Positions 9,949 to 19,553 of a stretch of DNA of 64,000 bases are shown in pieces (the first letter of the stretch is position 1; each line of letters opens with the position of its first letter). The stretch covers positions 5,834 through 69,833 of the forward strand of contig JBEKMC010000012.1 of NCBI GenBank assembly GCA_050008715.1. Reading direction: 5' to 3'. A model generated the notes under the pieces. That model had not been told where the DNA came from. It did no database searches and was given only the letters and a program-made list of their open reading frames with translations. Both the position numbers and the translations under genes were made by a program. The stretch is from Acidimicrobiales bacterium. GTDB taxonomy: Bacteria > Actinomycetota > Acidimicrobiia > Acidimicrobiales > Bog-793.

Positions 9949-10785
9949 ATGAGGGAGATGGCGACCGATCGCACCGTCGCCGGAGCCCAACCCACTCGCC
10001 AACGGCTCGGCGATCAGGTCGCCTCATTGCTGCTGCAAGCCATCAGGCTGCACGAGTACCTGCCGGACGAGCGGCTGCCCTCGGAAGCCGAGTTGTGCGA
10101 GCAGCTCGGAGTCAACCGCATGGCGGTGCGCGAGGGCCTGCGTTGGCTCGAGGACCACAAGTACGTCCGCATGCAGCGCGGTCGCTATGGCGGTGCCCTC
10201 GTGCTCGATCCTGGCCTGGATCTCGCAACAGACAGACTGCGGGGGCGGGCGGAGGATCTGCGGCAGCTCTTCGAGTTTCGCTCGGCCGTCGAACCGCTCG
10301 TGGCCGCCCTGGCGGCGGAGCGGATCGAACCCGTCGAGCTGGCGATGCTCGACCGGCTGCACGAGGAGGAGCGCCACTGGCCGTCGGTTCCGCGCGGGCG
10401 ATTCCGTGCCATCGACGTCGCCATCCACAAGGCGATCGCCGCCGCCTGCCGCAACCAGTACCTCATCGACGCCGTACGGGACATCCGGGTCTGGCTGGCG
10501 CCCGGCCTGGACCTGCTCGACCCTTCGGTCGATCGACGCAACGACTCCGTCGAATGCCACGGACGGCTGATCGCCTGCTTGCACGCCGGCGACGGCACCG
10601 GGGCGGAAGCTGCCATGCGAGAACACATCGGCGTCACGGCGCATGCCGTCGACGCCGCACTCGAGAGCAGGACCTCAGTGGACGCGGGCCAGGTGACGAG
10701 ATCGTCCCGGGCGCCGGGCAAAGCCCCGAGGCGACCGACGAAGGCTACGGCAAAGGCGAAGGCAGGCCCTCGAGCAGCAACGTGA
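9949..10785 (+). CDS. GntR-family (FadR/FCD-type) transcriptional regulator
   Basis: ORF 9652..10785 trimmed to ATG 9949. wHTH 'LPSEAELCEQLGVNRMAVREGLRWLE' plus a helical FCD-like C-terminal domain. Basic Ala/Lys tail. Confidence 0.8.
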   Translation: MREMATDRTVAGAQPTRQRLGDQVASLLLQAIRLHEYLPDERLPSEAELCEQLGVNRMAVREGLRWLEDHKYVRMQRGRYGGALVLDPGLDLATDRLRGRAEDLRQLFEFRSAVEPLVAALAAERIEPVELAMLDRLHEEERHWPSVPRGRFRAIDVAIHKAIAAACRNQYLIDAVRDIRVWLAPGLDLLDPSVDRRNDSVECHGRLIACLHAGDGTGAEAAMREHIGVTAHAVDAALESRTSVDAGQVTRSSRAPGKAPRRPTKATAKAKAGPRAAT

Positions 10786-10849
10786 TCAGCCCGCTCCGTC
10801 AATGGGCGGAGCGAGTCCAGCAGTGCCCGGAGTGACAGGAAGGGGGGAT

Positions 10850-12223
10850 ATGGAGCTCAAGACGGAGATCTCCGAGGACGACGATCTCACGGCGCGAGCA
10901 GAGCTCCTGAAACGCGTGAGGGACGAGTCCATCCGCAACGTCCGCCTCGTCGTGACCGACCTGTACGGCGTGCCGCGAGGCAAGGTGGTCCCCGTCGAGC
11001 GTTTCGAGCGGGCACTGACAGACGGCCATCCCTTCGCCATCCCCTTGCTGGCGTGCAACCTCTGGGAGCGCCACTCGCCTGGCGAACGCGCCTACAGCGA
11101 GGACATCGGCTACCGCAACGGTGTCCTGCGACTCGACCCGGCGACGTTCGCCGTGCTCCCGTGGACGCCGGCGACGGCCCATGTGCTCACCGACCTGTAC
11201 GACGAGGAGGGCAACATCGTCGCGACGCCGCGATCGGTCTTCCGCCGAGTCCTGGATGACGCTCGCGCCCTCCAGATCGAGCCGGTGTTCGGAAATGAGC
11301 TGGAGTTCTACGTGTTCCGCCCACACGCCGGGGGGGACGGCTTCGGCACGATCTTCGGCGAGCAGTCATGGTTCTCCATCAACGCCCTCGGCCTCGCGCA
11401 GGTGTTCGTCGACACGTTGCAGAGCACTGCCACGACCATGGGGATCCGCCTCTACGAGATCTTCAGCGAGCACGGTGCGGGGCAGTTCGAGGTCAACCTC
11501 GAACCCGCTACCGGAGTCGCCGCCATCGACCAGGTCGTCGCCCTGAAGATCGCCATCAAGGAGGTCGCTCGATCGCTCGGGCTGGAGGCGACCTTCCTGG
11601 CGAAGCCGACGAACCGGGCTGAGACGCCGCCGAGCGGATACCACATGCACCAGTCGCTCCTCGGCGCCGACGGCGGCAACCTGTTCTGCGACCCGGACGC
11701 GCCGGAGCTGCCCGCCGAGAAGGGACGGCACTACATCGGCGGGCAGCTGGCTCATGCGGCCGCCATGACCGCGCTCGCCGCACCTACCGTCACGGCGTAC
11801 AAGCGCTACCAACCGGGTACCTGGGCGCCCATCCAGATCTGCTGGGGCGTACAGAACCGGACTGCGCTCGTGCGGTACCTGCCGGCAGCTGCGGACTCTC
11901 GCATCGAGAACCGGCTCGGGAGCTCGGACGCAAACCCGTACCTGCTCGCCTCCGCCATGGTTGCCGCCGGCGCCGACGGTGTTCGCCGCCGGCTCGAACC
12001 AGGTGAGCCGGCCGTCGGGAACCTCTTCGACGACATCCGGTACGAGCGCCTGCCCACCTGCCTCCTCGAAGCACTCGACGCCCTGTCGCGTGACGCGGTG
12101 CTCTCGGGGGCGCTCGGCGAGAACTTCGCGCGGACCTACACCGAGCTGTTGCGTTTCGACTGGGGGCGGTACCTCAACCACGTGAGCGACTGGGAAGTCG
12201 CCGAGTACCGGGAGATGCTGTGA
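10850..12223 (+). CDS. Glutamine-synthetase-family gamma-glutamyl ligase (GlnA3/GlnA4-like)
   Basis: ATG 10850 after the RBS AGGAAGGGGGGA. Motifs: 'NELEFYVF', 'EHGAGQFEVNL', 'FLAKP', 'SGYHMHQSL', 'NRTALVR', 'ENRLGSSDANPYL'. Confidence 0.85.
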   Translation: MELKTEISEDDDLTARAELLKRVRDESIRNVRLVVTDLYGVPRGKVVPVERFERALTDGHPFAIPLLACNLWERHSPGERAYSEDIGYRNGVLRLDPATFAVLPWTPATAHVLTDLYDEEGNIVATPRSVFRRVLDDARALQIEPVFGNELEFYVFRPHAGGDGFGTIFGEQSWFSINALGLAQVFVDTLQSTATTMGIRLYEIFSEHGAGQFEVNLEPATGVAAIDQVVALKIAIKEVARSLGLEATFLAKPTNRAETPPSGYHMHQSLLGADGGNLFCDPDAPELPAEKGRHYIGGQLAHAAAMTALAAPTVTAYKRYQPGTWAPIQICWGVQNRTALVRYLPAAADSRIENRLGSSDANPYLLASAMVAAGADGVRRRLEPGEPAVGNLFDDIRYERLPTCLLEALDALSRDAVLSGALGENFARTYTELLRFDWGRYLNHVSDWEVAEYREML

Positions 12224-13428
12224 TGTCGGTGGCAACGACATCTCCGAGCGTCGAGCCAGAACGTTCAGGCGCGGTCCGCCTCGATCGCCTGCGTGAGCTG
12301 GAGGCGCCGATTCGCCTCGAGCGGGCCGACGTCTTCATGGTGTCGCTGTCGCTTCGGCGCAGCTTCCGGTCCGCCTACGGCGCGTCGGCGCCCGTGAAGC
12401 GCGTGATCGTCGTCCGCCTCGAGGACGCTGACGGCGTCACCGGATGGGGGGAGGCGCCAGTGTTCGAGCGGCCCTTCTTCGGCGTCGACACCGCCGAGAG
12501 CACCTGGTCGGCGCTCGTCGACCTCATCTTGCCGGCTGTCGTCGGAATCCAGTTCGGGAGCCCGGCCGAGGTTGCTGCCGCCTCGGCGGGCTTCCTCGGC
12601 CAGAACTACGCGAAATGCGCCGTCGAATCCGCCGCCTGGGCCATCGCCTCCGAGCGCTTGGTGGCTCCCCTTGCTGGCCTCTGGGGCGGCGTGCGGGACA
12701 GAATTCCAGTGGGCGAGAGCTTGCCCATCCACGACACGGTCGACCTGCTGTTGGACGAGGTGGCCCAGCGGGTGGAGGAGGGTTTCGGCAGGATCAAGTT
12801 GAAGATTGCCCCCGGGTGGGACGTGTCTCCGGCTGCCGCCGTCAAGGCGGCCTTTCCGGCCCTCCCCCTTTCGGTCGACGGCAACTGCGGCTATCGCCTC
12901 GACACGGGTCCGTGGGACGAGCTCGACGAGCTCGGGCTGCTCATGATCGAGCAGCCGCTGCCGGGAGACGACCTCGTCGACATGGCGGCCCTGCAGGAGG
13001 GCCTCCGGACGGCGCTGTGCCTCGACGAGAGTGCCTCCAGCCTGAACGTCACGCGCACTGCGCTCCACCTGAAGGCCGGCCGGATCGTCAACATCAAGGC
13101 ACCGCGGCTCGGCGGCCTCATCCCGAGCGTGGCCGTGCACGACCTCTGCGTGCGCAGCAACGTGCCCACCTGGTGCGGCGGCATGCTCGAGACCGGCATC
13201 GGACGCGGATTCAATCTCGCCCTGGCGTCGCTCCCGGGTTTCACGCTGCATGCCGACATGTCGCCGACGCGGATCTTCTACGCGGAGGATCTCGTCGAGC
13301 CGACCTTCGACGTCGAAGGCGACGGCTGCATCGAGGTGCCGACCAGGCCCGGCAACGGTTTCCCGGTCGTGAGCGAGCGGGTGGAGCGTTCGGCGACGAG
13401 GAGGTGGAGCACCCGGTCGACCGCATAG
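12220..13428 (+). CDS. Enolase-superfamily enzyme, OSBS / N-acylamino-acid racemase (MLE subgroup) type
   Basis: 'RIKLKIAPGWD' (KxK), 'SVDGNCGY', 'MIEQPL', 'LCLDES', 'VNIKAPRLGG', 'CGGMLETGIG'. Overlaps the GS-like stop. Confidence 0.8.
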   Translation: MMSVATTSPSVEPERSGAVRLDRLRELEAPIRLERADVFMVSLSLRRSFRSAYGASAPVKRVIVVRLEDADGVTGWGEAPVFERPFFGVDTAESTWSALVDLILPAVVGIQFGSPAEVAAASAGFLGQNYAKCAVESAAWAIASERLVAPLAGLWGGVRDRIPVGESLPIHDTVDLLLDEVAQRVEEGFGRIKLKIAPGWDVSPAAAVKAAFPALPLSVDGNCGYRLDTGPWDELDELGLLMIEQPLPGDDLVDMAALQEGLRTALCLDESASSLNVTRTALHLKAGRIVNIKAPRLGGLIPSVAVHDLCVRSNVPTWCGGMLETGIGRGFNLALASLPGFTLHADMSPTRIFYAEDLVEPTFDVEGDGCIEVPTRPGNGFPVVSERVERSATRRWSTRSTA

Positions 13429-13535
13429 AACCGGCGGCTGCCGGAACTTGGTGCGATCCAGGGGGAAACGGGTCACACCTCGCAATCTCGAGCATTCGGA
13501 CACAAAGAGATCAGTCGAGACAAGGAGGGGAACTG

Positions 13536-15083
13536 ATGGGCATCAGAGACAAGACGCAGAGTTCGACGACGGGCGACGAGGAGCTGCTGAGCAACTTCGG
13601 CTACAAACAGGAGCTGCATCGCTCCTTGAAGATGTTCTCCATGTTCGCCATCTCCTTTTCCGTCATCTCCCTGACGACGGGCATCTTCACGAACTTCCAG
13701 TTCGCCATCTCCCATTACGGTGCGGCCTCGATCTGGCTGTGGCCGGTTGCCTTCGGTGGCGCCATGATCCTCGCCTTCGTGCTCGCAGAGCTCGCCTCGA
13801 GGATCCCGCTGGCGGGCTACTCCTACCAGTGGGGCGGCCGGCTCGTCGGGCCCGGCTTCGGCTGGTTCGTCGCTTTCAACCTGCTGGCATGTTTCACCCT
13901 TGCCAGCGGCGGCGAGACGCTCTTCCTCCTCTCCCCGATGATCGGCACCGTGCTCGGCCTGAACACCGGGAGCCTGTCGCTCATGATCACGATCTCGGTG
14001 ATCGTCCTCGTGCTGGCGGGCCTCGTCAACATCATCGGCGTCGTGCTCGCGTCGAAGATCAACAACCTCTCGGTGATCACGGAGATCCTCGGGACGTTCG
14101 TGCTCGGCGTCCTCGTCGTCGTCGCCTTCCTCGTGAAGACGCCCCACATCCACGCCGCCAACTTCATCTTCAGCCACGGTCCGCTGCATGGGCAAGCACC
14201 GTGGTACGCCGCCGGGCTGGCCCTGTTGATGGGGGCATTCACGATCGGCGGCTTCGAGGCCTGCGCCGACCTCGGGGAGGAGGCCATCGGAGTGCAGCGC
14301 ACCGTCGCGAAGGCGATCGTCTGGGCGGTGGCCATCTCCGGCATCCTCGGCATGATCACGCTGATCTGCTTCGCCTACGGGATCCCGAACCTGCAGGCGG
14401 CGGCCGCCAGCGGCACTCCCATCGCCTATATCGCCACGTACTGGTTCGGCTCGGTCTTCTCTCGCATCTTCCTCGTGACGGTCGTGTACTCGGTCTTCGC
14501 CCTCATGGTCGTGCAGATCGCCGCCATCGGCCGCCTGATCTTCTCGCTCTCGAGGGACAACATGTTCCCCGGCTCGAGACTGTTCGGGGGCGTGCACAAG
14601 AAGACGCGCACGCCGATCGCCGCCCTCGTGCTCACGACGGCGCTGTACATCGCCGTGATGGTCTTCGCAGCCAAGAACGGCAACGCCTACATCAACCTCA
14701 TCGGTGCCACGCCGATCTTCGCCAGCTTCGTCTACCTGGCAATCGTCGGTGCCTACGGTGTACGGCGGAACAAGATCCCGGCCTCGAAGGGCTTCGACCT
14801 CGGGCGCTGGGCGATACCGCTCATCGTCGTGTCGATGGCTTGGGAGATCTTCCTCATCTGCGACTTCACACTGCCGCAGATCTTCCACTCCGCCGCCGAG
14901 ATCGCCTTCGGAGCCCAGATCGTTCCCATCGTCTGGTACTTCGGTGGTCTTCGATCACGCCTCAAGCGGGGCGTTGCCGGTGCCGCCCTCGCCCACGGGC
15001 AGCTGGCAGGAAAGGGCGTCATCGACCAGACGATCGCCACGGAGCGCTCCGTCGGCGAGGTCGGCATCGGGGCCGGCGAGTGA
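13536..15083 (+). CDS. APC-superfamily amino-acid/amine permease
   Basis: ATG 13536 after the RBS AAGGAGGGG. ~12 TM. 'AELASRIPLAGYSYQW'. Confidence 0.8.
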   Translation: MGIRDKTQSSTTGDEELLSNFGYKQELHRSLKMFSMFAISFSVISLTTGIFTNFQFAISHYGAASIWLWPVAFGGAMILAFVLAELASRIPLAGYSYQWGGRLVGPGFGWFVAFNLLACFTLASGGETLFLLSPMIGTVLGLNTGSLSLMITISVIVLVLAGLVNIIGVVLASKINNLSVITEILGTFVLGVLVVVAFLVKTPHIHAANFIFSHGPLHGQAPWYAAGLALLMGAFTIGGFEACADLGEEAIGVQRTVAKAIVWAVAISGILGMITLICFAYGIPNLQAAAASGTPIAYIATYWFGSVFSRIFLVTVVYSVFALMVVQIAAIGRLIFSLSRDNMFPGSRLFGGVHKKTRTPIAALVLTTALYIAVMVFAAKNGNAYINLIGATPIFASFVYLAIVGAYGVRRNKIPASKGFDLGRWAIPLIVVSMAWEIFLICDFTLPQIFHSAAEIAFGAQIVPIVWYFGGLRSRLKRGVAGAALAHGQLAGKGVIDQTIATERSVGEVGIGAGE

Positions 15084-16249
15084 GCTCACTCGTGCGCCCG
15101 AACGATGCCTTGGCGTCGCTGCGCCGGGACGAATTCCCCGTCACCCGGAACAAGGTGTGGCTCAACACGGCCACCTACGGCCCCCTCCCCGCCTCCAACG
15201 TGCGGGCGCAGTCCGCCCTTCTCGATGAGATGACCATCGGCGGCGGGGCGAAGGGTGTCGGGCACTGGTGGGAAGGGGCGGCCCAGGTCCGTGCCAAAGT
15301 GGGAGCACTGATCGGGTGCGAGGCGGCCGACGTCGCCCTGCTCCACAGCACGGGCGAGGGGCTCAGCCTCGTGTCGCTCGGACTCGACTGGCGACCGGGG
15401 GACGAGGTCGTCCTCTACGACCAGGAGTTCCCAAGCGGCGTCTACCCGTGGCTGGCGCTCGAGGAGCGCGGGGTCAGGACGCGGTTCGTGCACGACGGCG
15501 GGCGTTACCGCTTCGAGGTTGGCGACGTCGAAGCGGTGCTGTCCGAGCGCACGCGGGTCGTGTGCGTCAGCCTTGTCAACTGCTACCACGGCTTTCGCGC
15601 CCCCGTCGAGGAAATCTCGAAGCTCTGTCGTGCGCGTGGGATCTGGCTCGTCGTTGACGCCGTGCAGGCAGCCGGGGCCCTCCGGGTCGACGTCGCCTCG
15701 CTCGGCGCCGACCTCGTGGCCGCTCACGGATACAAGAGCCTGTGCTCGGGTTACGGCGTCGGCTTCTGCTATGTGTCCCCAGCCTTGCGGGAGGCGCTTC
15801 ACGTCTCCGCTCCCGGCTGGAAGAGCATCGAAGACGCCCCCTTCCTGGACAAGCAGCTTCAGTACAACCTGCGGTATCCGGCCGAGGCGCGACGCTATGA
15901 GGCGAGCGTCCCGAACCTTGCCGGCATGTACGGGCTCGGCGCCAGCATCGACCTGTTCCTCGGTGCCGGCGTCGAGCTCATCAACGACTGGGTCCTGCAA
16001 CTGAGCGCCGAGGCGGTCGACGCCCTCGACGAGAAGGGTTACCCCGTCGTGAGCTCGAGAAGGGACGGAGAGAGGTCCGGGATCATCTCGGCCCGGGTGC
16101 CCGACGGGGACGCCGCCCGGGTCGCCAGCGCGCTGGCGGAGCAACAGGTGTCATGCGCCGTGCGCGACGGGCGCATACGTGTTTCCTGCCACCTGTTCAA
16201 CGACCGCAGCGACATCGATCGCCTCGTTGCGGCGCTCCCCCCGCCGTGA
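15080..16249 (+). CDS. Class-V aminotransferase-fold PLP enzyme
   Basis: GTG 15080 (GTGA overlap with the permease stop). 'VVDAVQAAG' and 'AAHGYKSLCSGYGVGF' (PLP-Lys region). Confidence 0.7.
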   Translation: MSSLVRPNDALASLRRDEFPVTRNKVWLNTATYGPLPASNVRAQSALLDEMTIGGGAKGVGHWWEGAAQVRAKVGALIGCEAADVALLHSTGEGLSLVSLGLDWRPGDEVVLYDQEFPSGVYPWLALEERGVRTRFVHDGGRYRFEVGDVEAVLSERTRVVCVSLVNCYHGFRAPVEEISKLCRARGIWLVVDAVQAAGALRVDVASLGADLVAAHGYKSLCSGYGVGFCYVSPALREALHVSAPGWKSIEDAPFLDKQLQYNLRYPAEARRYEASVPNLAGMYGLGASIDLFLGAGVELINDWVLQLSAEAVDALDEKGYPVVSSRRDGERSGIISARVPDGDAARVASALAEQQVSCAVRDGRIRVSCHLFNDRSDIDRLVAALPPP

Positions 16250-16653
16250 CGGCGAACGACGACATCGAGCGGCGACTCGTAGGGACCTTGCCGGTCCCGA
16301 AGGGTGCCTACGTGCACGCCGTCGTCCACGGCGGCATCGTCTACTGCTCGGGACAGCTCGGCGTGGATCCGGGGACCGGTGAGCTCGCAGATGGGGTCGC
16401 CGCCCAGACGAGGCGGGCGTTGCAGAACCTCGCCCTCGTGCTGGAAGGTGTCGGCAGCGACCTCGCCCGCGTCTTGCAGTGTCACGTGTACCTGCGCGAC
16501 TCCGCCGCCTTCGCCGAAATGGATGCCGTCTACGCCGAGGCGTTCGGGGACCATCGGCCGGCCCGGACGACGCTGCCCGGCATCGGCTTCAGACCGGGCA
16601 CCGAGGTCGAGATCGACCTCACGGCCGCCATCGGCGGCATCCGCCGGCCCTGA
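16246..16653 (+). CDS. RidA/YjgF-family reactive-intermediate deaminase
   Basis: GTG 16246 (GTGA overlap). 'YVHAVVHGGIVYCSGQLG' and 'ARTTLPG...EVEIDL'. Confidence 0.85.
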   Translation: MTANDDIERRLVGTLPVPKGAYVHAVVHGGIVYCSGQLGVDPGTGELADGVAAQTRRALQNLALVLEGVGSDLARVLQCHVYLRDSAAFAEMDAVYAEAFGDHRPARTTLPGIGFRPGTEVEIDLTAAIGGIRRP

Positions 16654-16672
16654 GCCGTCCGCCTCCGCCGGG

Positions 16673-17671
16673 TTACCGGGCGTGCCACGCGCACGTGGCG
16701 AGGAAGCCCAGGGTGCTGTCGAGGTCGACGATGCCGGCATCGGAGCCGAGGCCCTGGGCTACGAGGGCGGCAGCTGCGGTGCCGAGCCAGGCCGCCTGCT
16801 CGAGGTCGGCGCCGGCGCCGACCGCACGGATGAAGCCGGCGCTGAAGGCGTCGCCACAGCCCGTCGTGTCGACCACGCTGACGTCGGCGGCAGGCAGGGC
16901 GAAACTCCGCTCGGCATTAAAGACGGCGCACCCTTCGCCGCCGAGCGTCACCGCCAGGGTCTTCACACCGAGATCGAAGACGATGCGTGCCGCCTCGTCG
17001 AGCTGGCGCGTGCCGGTCAGCCCGAAGAGCTGGTCGTCGTTCGGCAGGAAGTAGTCGACGAGGGCAAGAAGGGGCGCCAGGCGCTCCAGTGACTGGACGT
17101 CGCCGGGCCGGAGCAGGTCGAGCGTCGTCGTGACACCAGCCGCCTGCGCCCAGCCGAGCACCGCCGCAGCCGCCTCCCCGCCGAAACCCCCAAGCGCATC
17201 AGGACCTCCGAGGTGGAGCACGTCGGCGCCGCCCATCAAAGCCCTGTCGACGTGGCCGAGCGCCATCTTGCCGGCGGCCCCCCGCACGTGCAACGCCGGC
17301 CGCTCGCCGTTCGATCGGATCGGCAGGATGGTGGCCGCCGTCGGGGAGCCGGCGACAACTGCGACGTGGGAGACGTCGACGCCGTGACCAGCCAGCAGCT
17401 CGACCACGAGCCTTCCTGCGGCGTCGTCGCCGACGCATCCGACGGAGGTCACTCGGGCGCCGAGCTTGGCGAGATCGACTGCCGTACCGGCAGCCGTGCC
17501 GGCGGCCGTGAGCCGGATCTCCTCGATGGGCACGGATCCTTGCCCGGGCGGGAGTGAGTCGACCGGGCGCCCGAGCACGTCGAGGATGTGGATTCCGACC
17601 GTGAGCACCCGCGGGGGCGCCCCGGCCAGCCAGCTCTCGGCCGGGGCCGGCGGGGCGGTCAGCTCGTCCAT
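16673..17671 (-). CDS. PfkB-family carbohydrate kinase
   Basis: ORF trimmed to ATG 17671. 'LTAAGTAAGTAVDLAKLG' and 'DTTGCGDAFSAGF'. Confidence 0.85.
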   Translation of the reverse strand: MDELTAPPAPAESWLAGAPPRVLTVGIHILDVLGRPVDSLPPGQGSVPIEEIRLTAAGTAAGTAVDLAKLGARVTSVGCVGDDAAGRLVVELLAGHGVDVSHVAVVAGSPTAATILPIRSNGERPALHVRGAAGKMALGHVDRALMGGADVLHLGGPDALGGFGGEAAAAVLGWAQAAGVTTTLDLLRPGDVQSLERLAPLLALVDYFLPNDDQLFGLTGTRQLDEAARIVFDLGVKTLAVTLGGEGCAVFNAERSFALPAADVSVVDTTGCGDAFSAGFIRAVGAGADLEQAAWLGTAAAALVAQGLGSDAGIVDLDSTLGFLATCAWHAR

Positions 17672-17685
17672 GGCGGCGTGAGGCC

Positions 17686-18453
17686 TCAACCCATGCGGGA
17701 GGCCGTCGAGGTGCCGAATCGATCCGATACGGCCTCCTTCAGCGCGTGCGGCCACCGGCCGGAGGTCTCGCGCCCTGCGGCGGCCAGCTGCCGCTGCGCG
17801 TCCGCGTCACCCGAGAAGGCCAGCACGGCCAGCTCCGGATGCAGATTGGCGATCGCCAGGATGGCCCCGGCGCAACCGAGGGCGCCCGCGACGAGGACGA
17901 GATTGGCGGAACCCGTGTACAACCAGCCGTCGAAGGTGTCGAGCTCTTCGTAGAGGCGTGCGAGGTCGCCGCTCGAGTCCTTCAGACCGACGACAGGAAG
18001 CTCGGCGAGTGCCGCCACGGGCAGGCCTGGAGCTGAAACAGCCGGAAAGTGGTACGCGAGAAGCGGCGACCCATCCGCTGCCGTTGCCAGGGTCTCGAAG
18101 TACGGCCGGGGGTCCGTGCTTTGCGGAGCGGACAGCGCCAGCACGGCATCGGCTCCGGCGTCGAGCACGGTCCGCGTGAAGACGGCTGCCTGCCGGGCTG
18201 ACGCCGATCCTGCGCCGGCGAGCACCGGGACGCTGGGCGGCAGGGCATCCTTCACGGCCCTCACGAGCCTGCCCCGCTCACCGGAGTCGAGCGCGATGGC
18301 CTCCCCCGTCGTTCCGGCTACGAGGACGGACCGCACGCCGAGCTCGACGAGCCCGCTGGCGAGGTCGGCCGTGGCAGCGGCGTCGATGCCGCCGTCGCCG
18401 TCGAAGATCGTCAGGAGGGCGACGCCGACCCCCGAGAAGATGGGCGTCGTCAC
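17686..18453 (-). CDS. DapA/NAL-family (class I) aldolase-type lyase
   Basis: C-terminal 255 aa of ORF 17686..19176, GTG 18453. 'VAGTTGE', 'YHFP', 'VGLKDSSG' (Schiff-base Lys). Short for the family, so the start is uncertain. Confidence 0.7.
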   Translation of the reverse strand: MTTPIFSGVGVALLTIFDGDGGIDAAATADLASGLVELGVRSVLVAGTTGEAIALDSGERGRLVRAVKDALPPSVPVLAGAGSASARQAAVFTRTVLDAGADAVLALSAPQSTDPRPYFETLATAADGSPLLAYHFPAVSAPGLPVAALAELPVVGLKDSSGDLARLYEELDTFDGWLYTGSANLVLVAGALGCAGAILAIANLHPELAVLAFSGDADAQRQLAAAGRETSGRWPHALKEAVSDRFGTSTASRMG

Positions 18454-18521
18454 GATGGGGTCGTTTCTCTGTTCAGCGGAGGTCTCCTCTGTTGATGGCC
18501 GGCTGTCGATTGGCCGAGGGG

Positions 18522-19511
18522 CTACTTGATGGCGAGGGCGTTGGGCGGCGAGCCGATGCCTCCCCGCGCATGCAGCGGGGCACTCGTGAGGAAGCACTCG
18601 TACACGCCGTCGTCGGCACAGTCTGCCGCCAGGGCGTCGAGCGACCACAGCTCGCCGAGCGCCATCCCGAGCTGACCGATGAGGACGCGGTGGAGGAACC
18701 CGAACGGGACGGCCTCCGCCGAGAAGTCCGGCGGCCAGACCTCGACGGCGAACGTGTCCGCAGCCACCGCCACGATCCGGTTGTCCCAGAGATAACGCGC
18801 CATGTCCTCGGTGTGCTCGACTCCGGGAGCCTCCAACCGGCGGGCCGTGCGACGCCTGGCGGCGTACGGCATCCCCTGGTACCAGCCGAGAAACCCAGTC
18901 CTCATCAACACGACACAGCCCGGCGAGTAGGACACGCCGGCGGCCTCGCGTGCCTGCTCGAGATCGGCCACGGAGAAGGCGGTTGCCCCGGCGGGTGTAT
19001 ACGAGCCACCGTCGGCGCTCAGCGTCCGATCGAGGTCGAGCAGCACCGCCCTGCCGGCGATTCCCCGCGTCGCCCAGTGGTCGATCGTGTTGCGGCCGCC
19101 GGTCAGGACGTCCTCGGCCGAGGCGCCGTTGTAGAAGATCCCGGGCGCGTAGGCGACGTGCGCGAGTGAGTCCCATTGGCTGGACGCCTGCGGGTAGAAG
19201 TTGTCGAAGACGTCGTCGAAGTCCTCCACCGGCCCGGGCCGGTACAGGACTCGATGACGAGGGAGGCCGCGGTCGTCGTCGAGTGCCGGGTCGACGCCGT
19301 CCAGGGCGGCGTCGAGCGGAAAGACCGCTCCGCGCCGCACGAGCCTGCTGGCGGCAAGGATGCGCTCCGGCGTCTGCAGGTTCATGAGCCCGACGCAGTC
19401 AGCCGAGCCGAAAATCCCCCAGCCGCTTCGCCCCCCTCGGTCCGCCAGCGGCAATTCGTCGTAACGGGGCAGCCCGGTCGCGTCCGTAGCGCCACTCAGC
19501 GACTCGTCCAT
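18522..19511 (-). CDS. Cyclase-family (kynurenine-formamidase-fold) metal hydrolase
   Basis: 329 aa. 'QASSQWDSLAHV', the length and the overall pattern match actinobacterial 'cyclase family protein' as I recall it. Confidence 0.6.
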   Translation of the reverse strand: MDESLSGATDATGLPRYDELPLADRGGRSGWGIFGSADCVGLMNLQTPERILAASRLVRRGAVFPLDAALDGVDPALDDDRGLPRHRVLYRPGPVEDFDDVFDNFYPQASSQWDSLAHVAYAPGIFYNGASAEDVLTGGRNTIDHWATRGIAGRAVLLDLDRTLSADGGSYTPAGATAFSVADLEQAREAAGVSYSPGCVVLMRTGFLGWYQGMPYAARRRTARRLEAPGVEHTEDMARYLWDNRIVAVAADTFAVEVWPPDFSAEAVPFGFLHRVLIGQLGMALGELWSLDALAADCADDGVYECFLTSAPLHARGGIGSPPNALAIK

Positions 19512-19553
19512 ACGCCTCCTTTTATATCATCCAGCCGGATTACGACGGCTCCC

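Noticed and set aside
10792-10813. Hairpin CGCTCCG-N8-CGGAGCG after the GntR gene as an intrinsic terminator
   Set aside because: The stem is only 7 bp and has no following U-tract. It sits 37 nt before the GS-like start in what otherwise looks like one operon. Evidence is insufficient to call it.
13473-14888. 471-aa antisense ORF opposite the APC permease. Similar long ORFs occur at 8108-8992 (-), 7455-8612 (-), 15086-16144 (-), 39187-40614 (+), 40521-42131 (+), 22262-23572 (-) and 48207-49685 (-).
   Set aside because: All overlap genes with clear family motifs on the other strand. Their translations are low-complexity, rich in R/G/A/P/D/E, without recognisable domains. They are high-GC shadow ORFs.
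17686-19176. 496-aa ORF suggesting a large DapA fusion protein
   Set aside because: The upstream 240 aa are Arg/Gly-rich and overlap the cyclase gene frame region. The DapA-family similarity starts at 'VTTPIFSGVGVALLT' (GTG 18453).
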